From assembly GCA_964474435.1 (NCBI GenBank), contig CAYYSI010000002.1, positions 26,193 to 90,192 of the forward strand: DNA of 64,000 nucleotides. Reading direction: 5' to 3'. Position 1 is the stretch's first letter, and each line of letters opens with the position of its first letter. Source of the stretch: an uncultured Candidatus Saccharibacteria bacterium. GTDB taxonomy: Bacteria > Patescibacteriota > Minisyncoccia > Phycocordibacterales > UBA9973. The notes beneath the pieces are model-generated. The model did not search any database and was not told the origin of the DNA. It saw only the letters and a program-made list of their open reading frames with translations. The position numbers and the translations under genes are program-made. Positions 19,364 through 28,559 of this stretch are shown here, one piece after another.

Positions 19364-19755
19364 CTATTGTACCGTTTTTGTGCGCGTATCACAAAGAGTG
19401 CACCAACACTGCCGCCGATCATGTCGCAAATGAGATCTGAAATAGAGTCCGACACATCTGCCAAGTGCACACCTTTGATATAAAACTGCACGATGTACTC
19501 ATAGTATTCCCAGCCAAGTCCAATGATAAAAACAAAGAGTGCGACCGTAATAAATAATTCTCGCGGTGTGAGCTCGACAAGTTTGCGTGCAAGGAATGCT
19601 CCTCCAAGAAGAGCGACAAAGACGCCCCCCAGTGTGTGCATGAACATATCAAACCATTGGATAGAGACGTACCAATAAAATGCGTTGGCAACACTGTTCA
19701 AGAGAAGCACTCCGATCCCCACACTGGCTGCATATGCGATAAGCCGACGATACAT
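19360..19755 (-). CDS. Conserved membrane protein (VanZ/DUF2238-like)
   Basis: D..MH..GG, WE..EY, D.I.DL..D.IG pattern. Confidence 0.65.
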   Translation of the reverse strand: MYRRLIAYAASVGIGVLLLNSVANAFYWYVSIQWFDMFMHTLGGVFVALLGGAFLARKLVELTPRELFITVALFVFIIGLGWEYYEYIVQFYIKGVHLADVSDSISDLICDMIGGSVGALFVIRAQKRYNR

Positions 19756-19780
19756 AGGAATAGTATCGCATACAACAATA

Positions 19781-19803
19781 GAAAAATCCCCTACTTTAGG
19801 GGA
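19781..19803 (-). terminator. Intrinsic terminator after the 6S-like RNA
   Basis: TCCCCTA-N3-TAGGGGA followed by TTTTT on the minus strand. Confidence 0.7.
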
Positions 19804-19810
19804 CATTTCT

Positions 19811-19970
19811 TACGGCTATTTAGAAAATAGTACCTTAGCGTTAAGCCAGGTGGGACACGTGGGGCACAACAATTCCTCGTCAGACAATAAATCGAATGAC
19901 ATGGTTTTGAGGTACCCACAACGGTTTCCCAAAAAGATCTGTTCTAAGTACTATTTTTAAATAGCCGTAC
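19811..19970 (-). ncRNA. ssrS: Candidate 6S RNA
   Basis: About 160-nt rod: 26-bp terminal stem, ~12-nt central bubble, inner TGGGA/TCCCA stem; TATAAT just upstream, terminator downstream. Confidence 0.65.
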
Positions 19971-20060
19971 TTTTATTATATCGCTCTCACACTTCCCCAC
20001 AAGATAGACAGTGGATAAGTGTGTTGTTGAGTTGCCTTACAAGTAGACAACAGATAGTTT

Positions 20061-20537
20061 TTACATCAAGTCGTCAGAGAAAATGAATTTCGTATCAACT
20101 TTGTCATAGTCCACGATCTCATCATCTGCAAAGAATCGTTTGATCTCAGCTTTCCCATTCTCCACTGAGTCTGACGCATGCACGACGTTTGATTGCATCG
20201 AGAGTGCAAGGTCGCCACGGATCGTACCTGCCGCTGCTTCATAGCCTTTGGTTGGGCCAACGATGACGCGGATCGCATCGATCGCCTTGAGTCCTGCAAC
20301 TGCCATGACGATGACAGGACTCGACATCATGAAGCGCTCGATACGTGGATAAAATGGCTTGTCAGCAACGTGTGCGTAGTGCTCCTTGAGGAGTGTGTCC
20401 TTGAGGTGCATCATTTTCATGCCAATGATCTTGAGACCTTTGCGTTCAAAGCGGTTGATAATCTCTCCAACAAGTGAGCGCTGTACTGCGTCTGGCTTAA
20501 TAATAATGAGGGATCTCTCTTCTGTTTCGTGAATCAT
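20061..20537 (-). CDS. ndk: Nucleoside diphosphate kinase
   Basis: IIKPDAVQR, GTIRGD, NVVHASDS. Confidence 0.97.
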   Translation of the reverse strand: MIHETEERSLIIIKPDAVQRSLVGEIINRFERKGLKIIGMKMMHLKDTLLKEHYAHVADKPFYPRIERFMMSSPVIVMAVAGLKAIDAIRVIVGPTKGYEAAAGTIRGDLALSMQSNVVHASDSVENGKAEIKRFFADDEIVDYDKVDTKFIFSDDLM

Positions 20538-20606
20538 ACCGACCCATCATATAGGGAAATAAAAAAAGCCGCAAATCCTACTTATCCTTCGGATATAAGT
20601 GTTCCC

Positions 20607-22298
20607 TTACATCCTCTCTGGCACTTCAATTCCGAGTATATGAAGTCCATTCGTTAGTGTCTGTTTCGTAGCCTTCACAACTGCGAGTCTGTATGCAGTT
20701 GCAGCTGTGTCTTCATCAATGATCTTGCCTTGGCCGTACCAAGTATTGAATGCCTGTGCGACGTCGAGGAGGTAGCCGACGAGGTGGTGTGGTGCCCATT
20801 CTCGCTGTGCAAGTGTCATGACTTCTGGGAGTCGAGCAATCAGGCGTTCCAACATTTCAGTACCTAGGACTGGAGTTGTCGCATCGGGATTGATGCCTTG
20901 CTCACTTCCTTTTTTCAAAAGTGTCCCTGCACGCACTGCTGTGTATTGGAGATATGGACCTGAGTCGCCGACAAATGAAAGTGATGTCTCTGGATCAAAG
21001 TCGATGTTCTTGCCGGCCTGTGCACGCAGGATCGCAAACTTGATTGATGCAATACCGATTTGCTGTGCAGCTGTATCAGTGATATCAGCATTTTTTTCTT
21101 TGACTTCGCCGATCACCGTGTCGAGCACTTCAGACACAAGCGGTACTCCTCCGAGACGAGACGACATCTTTTGCCCTTTGAATGACATACGTCCGTGATA
21201 TCGATGCAAACTTTTGTCAGACCATTCTTTATGAATTTTCTTTGCAGCATCGAGGACCACATTGAAGTGTGAGACCTGCTGCACGTCAGTGATAAAGATT
21301 GAGAGATCGGGATTGTACTTTTTGAATTTCAAATCCAAGAGCCCAATGTCCTTGGCTTCGTATGTTGGATTGCCTTGGGAATTGATGAATACTGCAGTAT
21401 GAAGTCGATTTCCAGGCGCATAGATAATTGCTCCACCTTCTCCATACCCAAATATTTCTGATGATATATTCTCAAGCACAACCTTTTTCCCCACTACTCC
21501 CGCTTCGCTTTCATATATATATGCATCGAAGTGTGAGCCGAGCTTTGCAACGATACCTTCGAAGTAGTTGATGTTAAACGCCTTGCATGCCGCAAAGAGC
21601 TTGAGCTCATTTGACTCTCTACCCGCGTACAAATTATCAGCAATTTCCTTCACTCGATACTGCGTATTGCCACACGACTCACTCTCCGTATCATCATATC
21701 GTTTCGTTCCTTCGACATAGGCGTCCCCCAGTACTGCGACATCAGTCGGTACAAAGTCTGCGCCGTATTTCTCAAGAAGTATAAATATAGCCTTGGCAAC
21801 ACCGAGCGAAATGTCTGACGGGAATGACACCGTGTTCACCTGTGCACCACTATACTGCGCGAGTCGCGTGATCGATTCGCCTATCGTGTTATTCATGAGG
21901 TGCCCGATGTGGAATGGCTTAAACAGGTTTGGCGATGAATGCTCTACCAAAATTTTCTTGCCCGTGTACACATTGGTATGGCCATACGTCTCGACATTTG
22001 CCGCTTCGCGAATTGCATCGACGAAGTGCGTGTGGGCAAGGGTGAAGTTGATAAAGCCTGGACCTGCGATCGTTATTGATTGCACAAAACTTTCTTTGTG
22101 TTCATTCAAATATGCGACAAGTTGCTCTGCGATCTCTGTTGGATTTTTGCCAAGCTGTTTGGATGCGGCAAGTGCTGCGTTGGTTGCATAGTCCCCATGA
22201 CTCATGTCCTTCGGGTGCTCAATGACAAATGCCACATCCGACACACCAAAAAGCTCTGACAGAGCCTTGGCCACAACCTTTTGGAGATAGTCGTTCAT
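20607..22298 (-). CDS. argS: Arginine--tRNA ligase
   Basis: HGDYATN, GPGFINF, SPN..KPFHIGH, KMSSR, GPYLQY, LGI..PERM. Confidence 0.97.
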   Translation of the reverse strand: MNDYLQKVVAKALSELFGVSDVAFVIEHPKDMSHGDYATNAALAASKQLGKNPTEIAEQLVAYLNEHKESFVQSITIAGPGFINFTLAHTHFVDAIREAANVETYGHTNVYTGKKILVEHSSPNLFKPFHIGHLMNNTIGESITRLAQYSGAQVNTVSFPSDISLGVAKAIFILLEKYGADFVPTDVAVLGDAYVEGTKRYDDTESESCGNTQYRVKEIADNLYAGRESNELKLFAACKAFNINYFEGIVAKLGSHFDAYIYESEAGVVGKKVVLENISSEIFGYGEGGAIIYAPGNRLHTAVFINSQGNPTYEAKDIGLLDLKFKKYNPDLSIFITDVQQVSHFNVVLDAAKKIHKEWSDKSLHRYHGRMSFKGQKMSSRLGGVPLVSEVLDTVIGEVKEKNADITDTAAQQIGIASIKFAILRAQAGKNIDFDPETSLSFVGDSGPYLQYTAVRAGTLLKKGSEQGINPDATTPVLGTEMLERLIARLPEVMTLAQREWAPHHLVGYLLDVAQAFNTWYGQGKIIDEDTAATAYRLAVVKATKQTLTNGLHILGIEVPERM

Positions 22299-22347
22299 AT
22301 CGATGATTCTAGCAGAAAATCCTTTATTTCACAGCGCACCTTCTGCA

Positions 22348-22770
22348 CTACTTACCCGAGCTCCCAAACCCTGTCGTTCCCCGCTCAGTATCACTGAGTT
22401 CATCCACGACTTCAAATGTCGCCTGCTCGACTTTCTGTATCAGTACCTGTGCTACCTTGTCGCCCTTTTCAAATACGTATTCTGTGTCCGAGAGATTGAT
22501 CATACCGATCATATATTCGCCGCGGTACTCCGCATCGATCACCCCACCAAGTGTCTTGAGGCCATTCTTGATCGCGAGCCCACTCTTGTCCCACACGAGC
22601 GCTACATACCCTGTCGGCAGCTCAATACACACACCTGTCGGTATTGCCGACTGCACACCAGGACTCATCACCGTCCGTTCCCTCGCATATACATCAAACC
22701 CCGCATCACCAGATTTGGCATAGTGGAGGTCTGGAAGCATTGGGTCGAGTTTTTTGACACGAATTTGCAT
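22348..22770 (-). CDS. dut: dUTP diphosphatase
   Basis: DAGFD, KSGLA, GVIDAEYRGE, KVAQ, RG..GFGSSG. Confidence 0.96.
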   Translation of the reverse strand: MQIRVKKLDPMLPDLHYAKSGDAGFDVYARERTVMSPGVQSAIPTGVCIELPTGYVALVWDKSGLAIKNGLKTLGGVIDAEYRGEYMIGMINLSDTEYVFEKGDKVAQVLIQKVEQATFEVVDELSDTERGTTGFGSSGK

Positions 22771-22854
22771 GGCGAAATTGTACCACTGAAGTACCAAGTG
22801 ACAATATTTGACTTTCCTTTTCTAAAACATAGTATTAAAGGAAATTAATCGACT

Positions 22855-23085
22855 ATGATTGTACTTTCAAAGATTAACCCCGATACACCCCTCGGGAAAC
22901 TCCAATTAGCCGGTATTGCCACTAATGAAATATCTGATGAAAAATTTGAAGAATTATTTCATGATTTTGATGTTGAAGGCGAAGAAGGTATTGATGATCT
23001 CATGAAAATCTTAGATGTCATGAGGATAAATCGCCCAGCTCTTTATCAGAAGTATGAAAAACAGATATTGGCACTAAAAGACTGA
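22855..23085 (+). CDS. Small acidic hypothetical protein
   Basis: 76-aa AT-rich ORF with its own TTGACT-16-TAGTAT promoter and terminator. Confidence 0.6.
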   Translation: MIVLSKINPDTPLGKLQLAGIATNEISDEKFEELFHDFDVEGEEGIDDLMKILDVMRINRPALYQKYEKQILALKD

Positions 23086-23165
23086 TTTGATGGCCTGCAT
23101 ATTGCGGGCCATTTTTATTTGACTTTGAGTTATTTAACTGTAGTATTTCAAACAAATTACCTTCT

Positions 23166-23726
23166 ATGACAAAAGTAGATATTGAGAAGACAATCTCTCA
23201 GTACCAACAAGTGACTACTACTGCAAAAGAAACTGTCTTATCAAAAAACGACGAGTATGGGCAAAGCTGGATAATATTTCGACCATTTTCGATGTTGGAT
23301 CAAATATTCATCAAATTGCAACGTATTCGTACTATCCAGGAAAAAGGTGTCCAGGAAATCAAAGAAGAACCGATAGAAGAAGATTTTTACCACATCATTA
23401 ACTACTGCACGTTTGGATTAATACTTATCAACATAAAGCCTCAAACCGACTTCTCAAAAGAAGAGCTGAGCACACAATACGACACAACAACTAATGCTGT
23501 ATTGGATTTATGTAAAAGTAAAAATCATGATTATGGTGAAGCGTGGCGACTGCTTAATGTTAGCAGTATGGTTGATTTATCCCTCGCCAAATGCCTTCGT
23601 GGAAAAATGATGCAGAACAACAAAGCCTTGACCGAACCCAAGCTTTCCGAAATCTTAAAAGACATCATGAACTATGCTATTTTTTGTAGAATTAGAATCA
23701 CTGAAGGAACTGACCCGATGATCTAA
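23166..23726 (+). CDS. DUF1599 (nucleotide modification associated domain 1) protein, tandem domains
   Basis: KN.EYG.SW...DQIFIK..RI and KNHDYGEAW...D.MNYAIF repeats. Confidence 0.8.
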   Translation: MTKVDIEKTISQYQQVTTTAKETVLSKNDEYGQSWIIFRPFSMLDQIFIKLQRIRTIQEKGVQEIKEEPIEEDFYHIINYCTFGLILINIKPQTDFSKEELSTQYDTTTNAVLDLCKSKNHDYGEAWRLLNVSSMVDLSLAKCLRGKMMQNNKALTEPKLSEILKDIMNYAIFCRIRITEGTDPMI

Positions 23727-23833
23727 ATGAAAAGCCAACCCAATTTGGGTCGGCTTTTTTTATTTGACTTTCCCCTCTTTTGCAGTAATGTAAGGGCAAA
23801 CGAAACAACTATTTTTCATTTAAAAAAATAAAT

Positions 23834-24745
23834 ATGGAACAGCAGTATCTTGATTTACTCAAGCACATTAAAACCAAGGGCACTGATAAAACAGACCGAA
23901 CAGGCACTGGTACACGCAGCATTTTTGGATATCAAATGAGGCATGACCTTAGTAAGGGATTTCCATTACTAACAACTAAAAAGACTCATCTTAAAAGCGT
24001 TATTATTGAACTATTATGGTTTTTGGCCGGAGATACCAACATTAAATATCTCAAAGAAAATAATGTAAAAATCTGGGATGAATGGGCCGATGAAAACGGG
24101 GACCTTGGACCCGTTTACGGCAAACAATGGCGTAGCTGGGAAGGAGCTGATGGAGTTGAAATCGATCAGGTCACCGACCTTATCAAGCAACTGAAAACGA
24201 ACCCCGATAGTCGCAGGCTCATCATTAGTGCATGGAACGTCGCAGATCTTCCGAAAATGAAGCTTATGCCGTGTCATTGTTTGTTTCAATTCAATACACG
24301 CCCGTTGAGTTTCTCAGAACGAGAAGCTGCATTAGATCGCGGTATAAAAAATGAAACTATAGAATATAAGTACATGGATCTGGGCGAAGGAAATTGGGAC
24401 GAAGCTGGTGTACCGAAGTTTAAACTCGATTGCCAGCTCTACCAAAGAAGTGCTGACGTATTTCTAGGAGTACCATTCAATATTGCATCATATGCACTGT
24501 TTACCTTGATGGTTGCACAAGTTACAAATTGTGTGCCCGGAGATTTCGTTCACAGTTTTGGTGATGTACACATTTATAACAACCATTTCGACCAGGTTGA
24601 CTTGCAACTATCACGATCATTGTTTCCATTGCCAACAGTAAAGATAAATCCTAAGGTGAAAAGCATCTTCGATTTTAAATTTGAAGATTTTACTTTAGAA
24701 AATTATCAATGCCATCCTGCTATCAAAGCACCGGTTGCGGTGTAG
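23834..24745 (+). CDS. thyA: Thymidylate synthase
   Basis: [49 protein letters not shown]. Confidence 0.98.
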   Translation: MEQQYLDLLKHIKTKGTDKTDRTGTGTRSIFGYQMRHDLSKGFPLLTTKKTHLKSVIIELLWFLAGDTNIKYLKENNVKIWDEWADENGDLGPVYGKQWRSWEGADGVEIDQVTDLIKQLKTNPDSRRLIISAWNVADLPKMKLMPCHCLFQFNTRPLSFSEREAALDRGIKNETIEYKYMDLGEGNWDEAGVPKFKLDCQLYQRSADVFLGVPFNIASYALFTLMVAQVTNCVPGDFVHSFGDVHIYNNHFDQVDLQLSRSLFPLPTVKINPKVKSIFDFKFEDFTLENYQCHPAIKAPVAV

Positions 24746-24764
24746 TAGAGAAAATCTAAAGCCC

Positions 24765-25238
24765 TTACTTAATAAGTAAGGGCTTTGTTGTTTGGAGAAA
24801 GACGCTGTGTATTGAAATAGCATTGAGTATGTAGCTCTGTAGCTCAATCATATTTTTTTCATACTCGAGTAAAAACAGTTTGTTTCTATCGATTCCAATA
24901 TTGAGCTTGTCAGGTGAAACCGCCTTACCATTTGCCTCACTACAAATAATGAGCAGCACGCGATGTTGAGCAAGATCACTAAAGAATGGTGTGTTTGGAT
25001 TGCGAACATCATATTGAACCAATCCTCGTTCAAAGATCAACACATCTGCATCTTCGAGGAAGTATGAAAACAGAAGAGACTCCTGTTGATCCACCGCATC
25101 CAGCAGCTCCCTCGTGTCTGGTAATGCTATATCTTTCCATTTATGACATTCCCATACACTGAAATGTTCTTTCAGTTCCCGGATCGATTTTTGTAAACCA
25201 CTTTCTCCATAAAAGGGTTTTGCTATATAAATGTTCAT
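24765..25238 (-). CDS. Hypothetical protein, possibly degenerate nucleoside 2-deoxyribosyltransferase-like fold
   Basis: MNIYIAKPF start and LEDADVLIFE segment resemble NDT strands; catalytic Glu region not recognisable. Confidence 0.4.
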   Translation of the reverse strand: MNIYIAKPFYGESGLQKSIRELKEHFSVWECHKWKDIALPDTRELLDAVDQQESLLFSYFLEDADVLIFERGLVQYDVRNPNTPFFSDLAQHRVLLIICSEANGKAVSPDKLNIGIDRNKLFLLEYEKNMIELQSYILNAISIHSVFLQTTKPLLIK

Positions 25239-25320
25239 ACTAATGAGTTTTGGCAACTCTAGCACAGTGTTTGACAAAAATCCAATCCTTGGTAAGGTGA
25301 AATAAATTAAAAACTACATT

Positions 25321-25863
25321 ATGAAAAAAATATTGCTTATTATCGCTCGCAGTATCAACGGTATGATTGGTCGCGACAATGATCTCCCGTGGGGATTACA
25401 CAAAGACGACATGAATTTCTTTATGTCTATCACCATGGGAGGGGTACTAATCATGGGAAGACTCACGGCAGAATCGCTTTTGAAAAAAACAAAAAAAGCG
25501 TTATCCGGCAGGATCAATATTGTGATATCAAGAAAGTCACAACAAGAATTGCAGCATCTCATTTCTGCTGGTTTCATTGTGTGTTCAAGTTATGAAGAAG
25601 CAATGAGAGAGGCTCATAAAACTGACAAAGAGAGGATATGGATTATTGGCGGGGCTCAGCTCTATGCCCTAGCAGCTGAACATTCAGAATTTATCATCGA
25701 TGAGATGTACATAACCGAGATCCAAGGTGAGTTTGAAGGAGACACGGAATGTCCCAATCTATATCTATCGGAATATGAGAGAGCCCCTTTTGCTCATTTT
25801 TACAAAAGCAAACGAAATCCTTCCGGATTCGATATTGATCACTATGTCCGCCTGCGTGCATAA
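25321..25863 (+). CDS. folA: Dihydrofolate reductase
   Basis: IG..NDLPW, D...F, IMGR.T.ES, GR.NIVISR, IIGGAQLY, EGDT. Confidence 0.93.
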   Translation: MKKILLIIARSINGMIGRDNDLPWGLHKDDMNFFMSITMGGVLIMGRLTAESLLKKTKKALSGRINIVISRKSQQELQHLISAGFIVCSSYEEAMREAHKTDKERIWIIGGAQLYALAAEHSEFIIDEMYITEIQGEFEGDTECPNLYLSEYERAPFAHFYKSKRNPSGFDIDHYVRLRA

Positions 25864-25936
25864 ACAACATGTTCATTGCAAAAAAGCCATCCCCTTTCAG
25901 GAACGGCTTTTTTTATTTCGAGTTTATGAAAATGAT

Positions 25937-26362
25937 TTATCCAATCACTTCGATCCCAGCACTTCGTGCGGATCCTTCGACGATCTTCATTGCGGCGTCG
26001 ATGTCGTTGGCATTGAGGTCCGGCATCTTGCGTTCTGCAATTGCGCGAACCTGGTCTCGGGTGAGCTTGCCAACCTTTGAGGTGCGAGCCTTTCCAGAAC
26101 CTTTTTCAATACCTGCGGCCTTGAAGATGAGAGAGGTCATTGTTGGCTCAGTCACACGGAAGTCATAGGTGCGATCGTCATAGACGTCGATCTTGACCCC
26201 GAGAGTCTCGCCACGCTTGTCAGCAGTTGCTGCATTGAACTTCTGAACGAAGTCACCGATGTTCACCCCTGCCTGACCGAGTGCGGGTCCAAGTGGTGGA
26301 GCTGGAGTCGCCATGCCACCCACAGCTCGGATTTTGATCTTTTTTGTAATGTTTTTTGCCAT
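25937..26362 (-). CDS. rplK: 50S ribosomal protein L11
   Basis: ATPAPPLGPALGQ.GVNI, KMPDLNA, GSARS.G. Confidence 0.98.
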   Translation of the reverse strand: MAKNITKKIKIRAVGGMATPAPPLGPALGQAGVNIGDFVQKFNAATADKRGETLGVKIDVYDDRTYDFRVTEPTMTSLIFKAAGIEKGSGKARTSKVGKLTRDQVRAIAERKMPDLNANDIDAAMKIVEGSARSAGIEVIG

Positions 26363-26493
26363 AAATATGTGTCCCCGAAGGGATGTATTGCTAATGTAGA
26401 AGCAGTAGCGTAACCCAGCCACTATAGCAGAAACGGCGATTTTGTAAACAAAAAGGCCCCTTTCGGAAAAAGGGCCATTAAAAGCATTAATTT

Positions 26494-26760
26494 TTACGCA
26501 ACAGCAAGCTGGGGCTCGATACATACCTCAGATGGTGAAATACAGTACTCGTGATACATATCATATTTCTTGAAATCATCAGCACTTACCTGTAGAGTCA
26601 TTTTTCGTGTGTGACCAAGAAGTAGAGATGGTTTACGATTTTTCTTTCTGAACGGAACATAACACTCACATTGAAAGAAAAATTTTCCATTACTTTCATA
26701 TTTATCGATAATCGTTCCGTAGGGGAAAATATCAAACAGATAACATAGCATTTTTTTCAT
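26494..26760 (-). CDS. AT-rich hypothetical protein
   Basis: 88-aa ORF between nusG and rplK, flanked by hairpins. Confidence 0.5.
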   Translation of the reverse strand: MKKMLCYLFDIFPYGTIIDKYESNGKFFFQCECYVPFRKKNRKPSLLLGHTRKMTLQVSADDFKKYDMYHEYCISPSEVCIEPQLAVA

Positions 26761-26827
26761 ATAAATAATTTTTCCTCACATTACAACAAACCCTTGCTTT
26801 TGGCAAGGGTTTGGGGAGATATCGTTT

Positions 26828-27376
26828 TTAGAGCTTTTTGACCTGGAGGAAGTCGAGTTCAACCGGGGTTTCGCGACCAAAGAGTGACACAAAGACTTTG
26901 ACCTTGCCACGCTCTGAGTCGACTTCTGACACGCGACCTTCGAGTTCCTTGAACGGCCCATCATTGATGATGATCGTCTCTCCTACTTCGAGGTCGATCG
27001 TGTGCTTGGTAACAGTATCGTCATCCATTTGTCCCAAAAGGAAATCAATTTCTTTTTGAGAAAGTGGTACTGGTACCACACCTGCGCCCACAAATCCCGT
27101 AACACGAGGAGTGTTGCGCACGACGAACCATGATTCCTCACTCACGATCATATCTACGAGCACGTATCCTGGGTACACCTTTTCCTCTACTTCCACACGC
27201 TTCCCTGCCTTGATCTTGATTTTCTTTTCGGTTGGCACGACAACACCAAAGATCTTGTCTTGCATACCGAGAGACTCAATACGCTGACGGAGGTTACGCA
27301 ACACCGCATTCTCATAGCCTGAGTATGTGTGGATCGCGTACCAGTGTCGTTCACCTGAATGTTCTTGTTTTGACAT
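26828..27376 (-). CDS. nusG: Transcription factor NusG
   Basis: WYAIHTYSGYE, YPGYVLV, VRNTPRVTGF, KOW domain, FGRETPVEL. Confidence 0.98.
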   Translation of the reverse strand: MSKQEHSGERHWYAIHTYSGYENAVLRNLRQRIESLGMQDKIFGVVVPTEKKIKIKAGKRVEVEEKVYPGYVLVDMIVSEESWFVVRNTPRVTGFVGAGVVPVPLSQKEIDFLLGQMDDDTVTKHTIDLEVGETIIINDGPFKELEGRVSEVDSERGKVKVFVSLFGRETPVELDFLQVKKL

Positions 27377-27377
27377 A

Positions 27378-27560
27378 TTATCTAACTACAACAGACTTAA
27401 GGAGTTCGCGGAACAGCGCATCAAATCCCCCGAGCATATACCCGAGTGCGAGCGAAAACAAAATGATAATGATCGCGTACAACAGTGCGCGGCGTCGAGT
27501 TGGCCATACGACATGGCGAAGTTCGGTTCGTGTTTCTTTGAGGAATTGGATTGGTTTCAT
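27378..27560 (-). CDS. secE: Preprotein translocase SecE
   Basis: FLKE...EL..V.WPTR then one TM; directly upstream of nusG. Confidence 0.93.
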   Translation of the reverse strand: MKPIQFLKETRTELRHVVWPTRRRALLYAIIIILFSLALGYMLGGFDALFRELLKSVVVR

Positions 27561-27650
27561 GGATATTTTTCGGTTACTAAAAAACGCCCCGGGAGGCATT
27601 ACCGTTTGATAATACCCTGGGGACGTAAATTAGTCAAATAGACGTTCCTT

Positions 27651-27736
27651 GCTCCAATATGATATCTGGCTGCAGAACTCGGCTACGCCTCAGACAGGCT
27701 TCGCCAGACATCATAGTGAGCTTCGTCACTCCGAGC
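27651..27736. repeat. Multi-hairpin REP-like intergenic element
   Basis: TATGATATCTGGC/GCCAGACATCATA stem, AGTGA/TCACT hairpin, closing GCTC/GAGC. Confidence 0.5.
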
Positions 27737-27740
27737 TATT

Positions 27741-28532
27741 TTATTGGATCTCGTACACAAGCGTCACGTTGGCCTGCACATTCTGTTCTCCAACAGGAAG
27801 GCTTGGGGCTGTGGCGCGTTCGAGCTTGGCACCAGACATAGCATCCTGTGCATACATTGGCACTGGGTATCCTCCCCCATTTTCACTAAATGACACGATG
27901 CGCACAAGTCTGACACCAAGACTCTTGGCGAGTTTTTTTGCTTCTTCTTTGGCATCGTCGATCGCGAGGTCGCGGGCTTCGCGAGCGATAGTGGTGTCAT
28001 CATCAAATCCAAAGTTTGGACCAGAGAGATCGGTCACGCCATTTTGTCCGAGGATTTCGAGGACTGTTGGGACAGTGTCGAGATTTTTCACACTAACGGT
28101 GATGTTATGTGAGACTTGATATCCACGAAGCACAGGTGTGCTGTTTGATGGACACGGAGTTGTGATGCAGCGGATCGTGTTGACGTAGTCATACTGCGGA
28201 TATGAATTGTATGAAACAGTTTTGATGTACTTTTCATCGATACCAGCAGCCTTGAGTGCTGCAGTGATCATATCGACTTTCGTCGTGACATTGTCTTGTG
28301 CAGATTTGAGAGACTTTTGTTCGTTTTGCACGGTAAATGAAATCTTTGCAGTGTCGGGCGCGCGATCAACTTTGCCAGTTCCTGAGACAGTGATGGTGTT
28401 AGTTGCACTCACACCAGTGCCAATATATTTGAGCTCTTTGAGTTTCCCAAGAGAAGCCGCAACGAGGAAAATCGCAACAAAAATAACAATGAGTCTGATA
28501 ATACCTTTATTTTGTTCAATAAATGTTTGCAT
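27741..28532 (-). CDS. SIMPL/DUF541 domain protein
   Basis: TITVSG.G.V...PD.A, AR..AI.DAK..A..LA..LGV.L. Confidence 0.9.
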   Translation of the reverse strand: MQTFIEQNKGIIRLIVIFVAIFLVAASLGKLKELKYIGTGVSATNTITVSGTGKVDRAPDTAKISFTVQNEQKSLKSAQDNVTTKVDMITAALKAAGIDEKYIKTVSYNSYPQYDYVNTIRCITTPCPSNSTPVLRGYQVSHNITVSVKNLDTVPTVLEILGQNGVTDLSGPNFGFDDDTTIAREARDLAIDDAKEEAKKLAKSLGVRLVRIVSFSENGGGYPVPMYAQDAMSGAKLERATAPSLPVGEQNVQANVTLVYEIQ

Positions 28533-28559
28533 GACTCTAGTATACCAAATCTGGTACAA

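Noticed and set aside
19806-20060. Replication origin
   Set aside because: Only two imperfect DnaA boxes and no dnaA nearby; a promoter-RNA-terminator unit explains the region better.
23834-24745. ThyA as a phage-type dCMP hydroxymethylase
   Set aside because: It retains GVPFN (dUMP-specifying Asn) and all canonical motifs, and DHFR is nearby.
27670-27705. Hammerhead ribozyme (CUGA...GA on the minus strand)
   Set aside because: It lacks the full CUGAnGA and GAAA cores.
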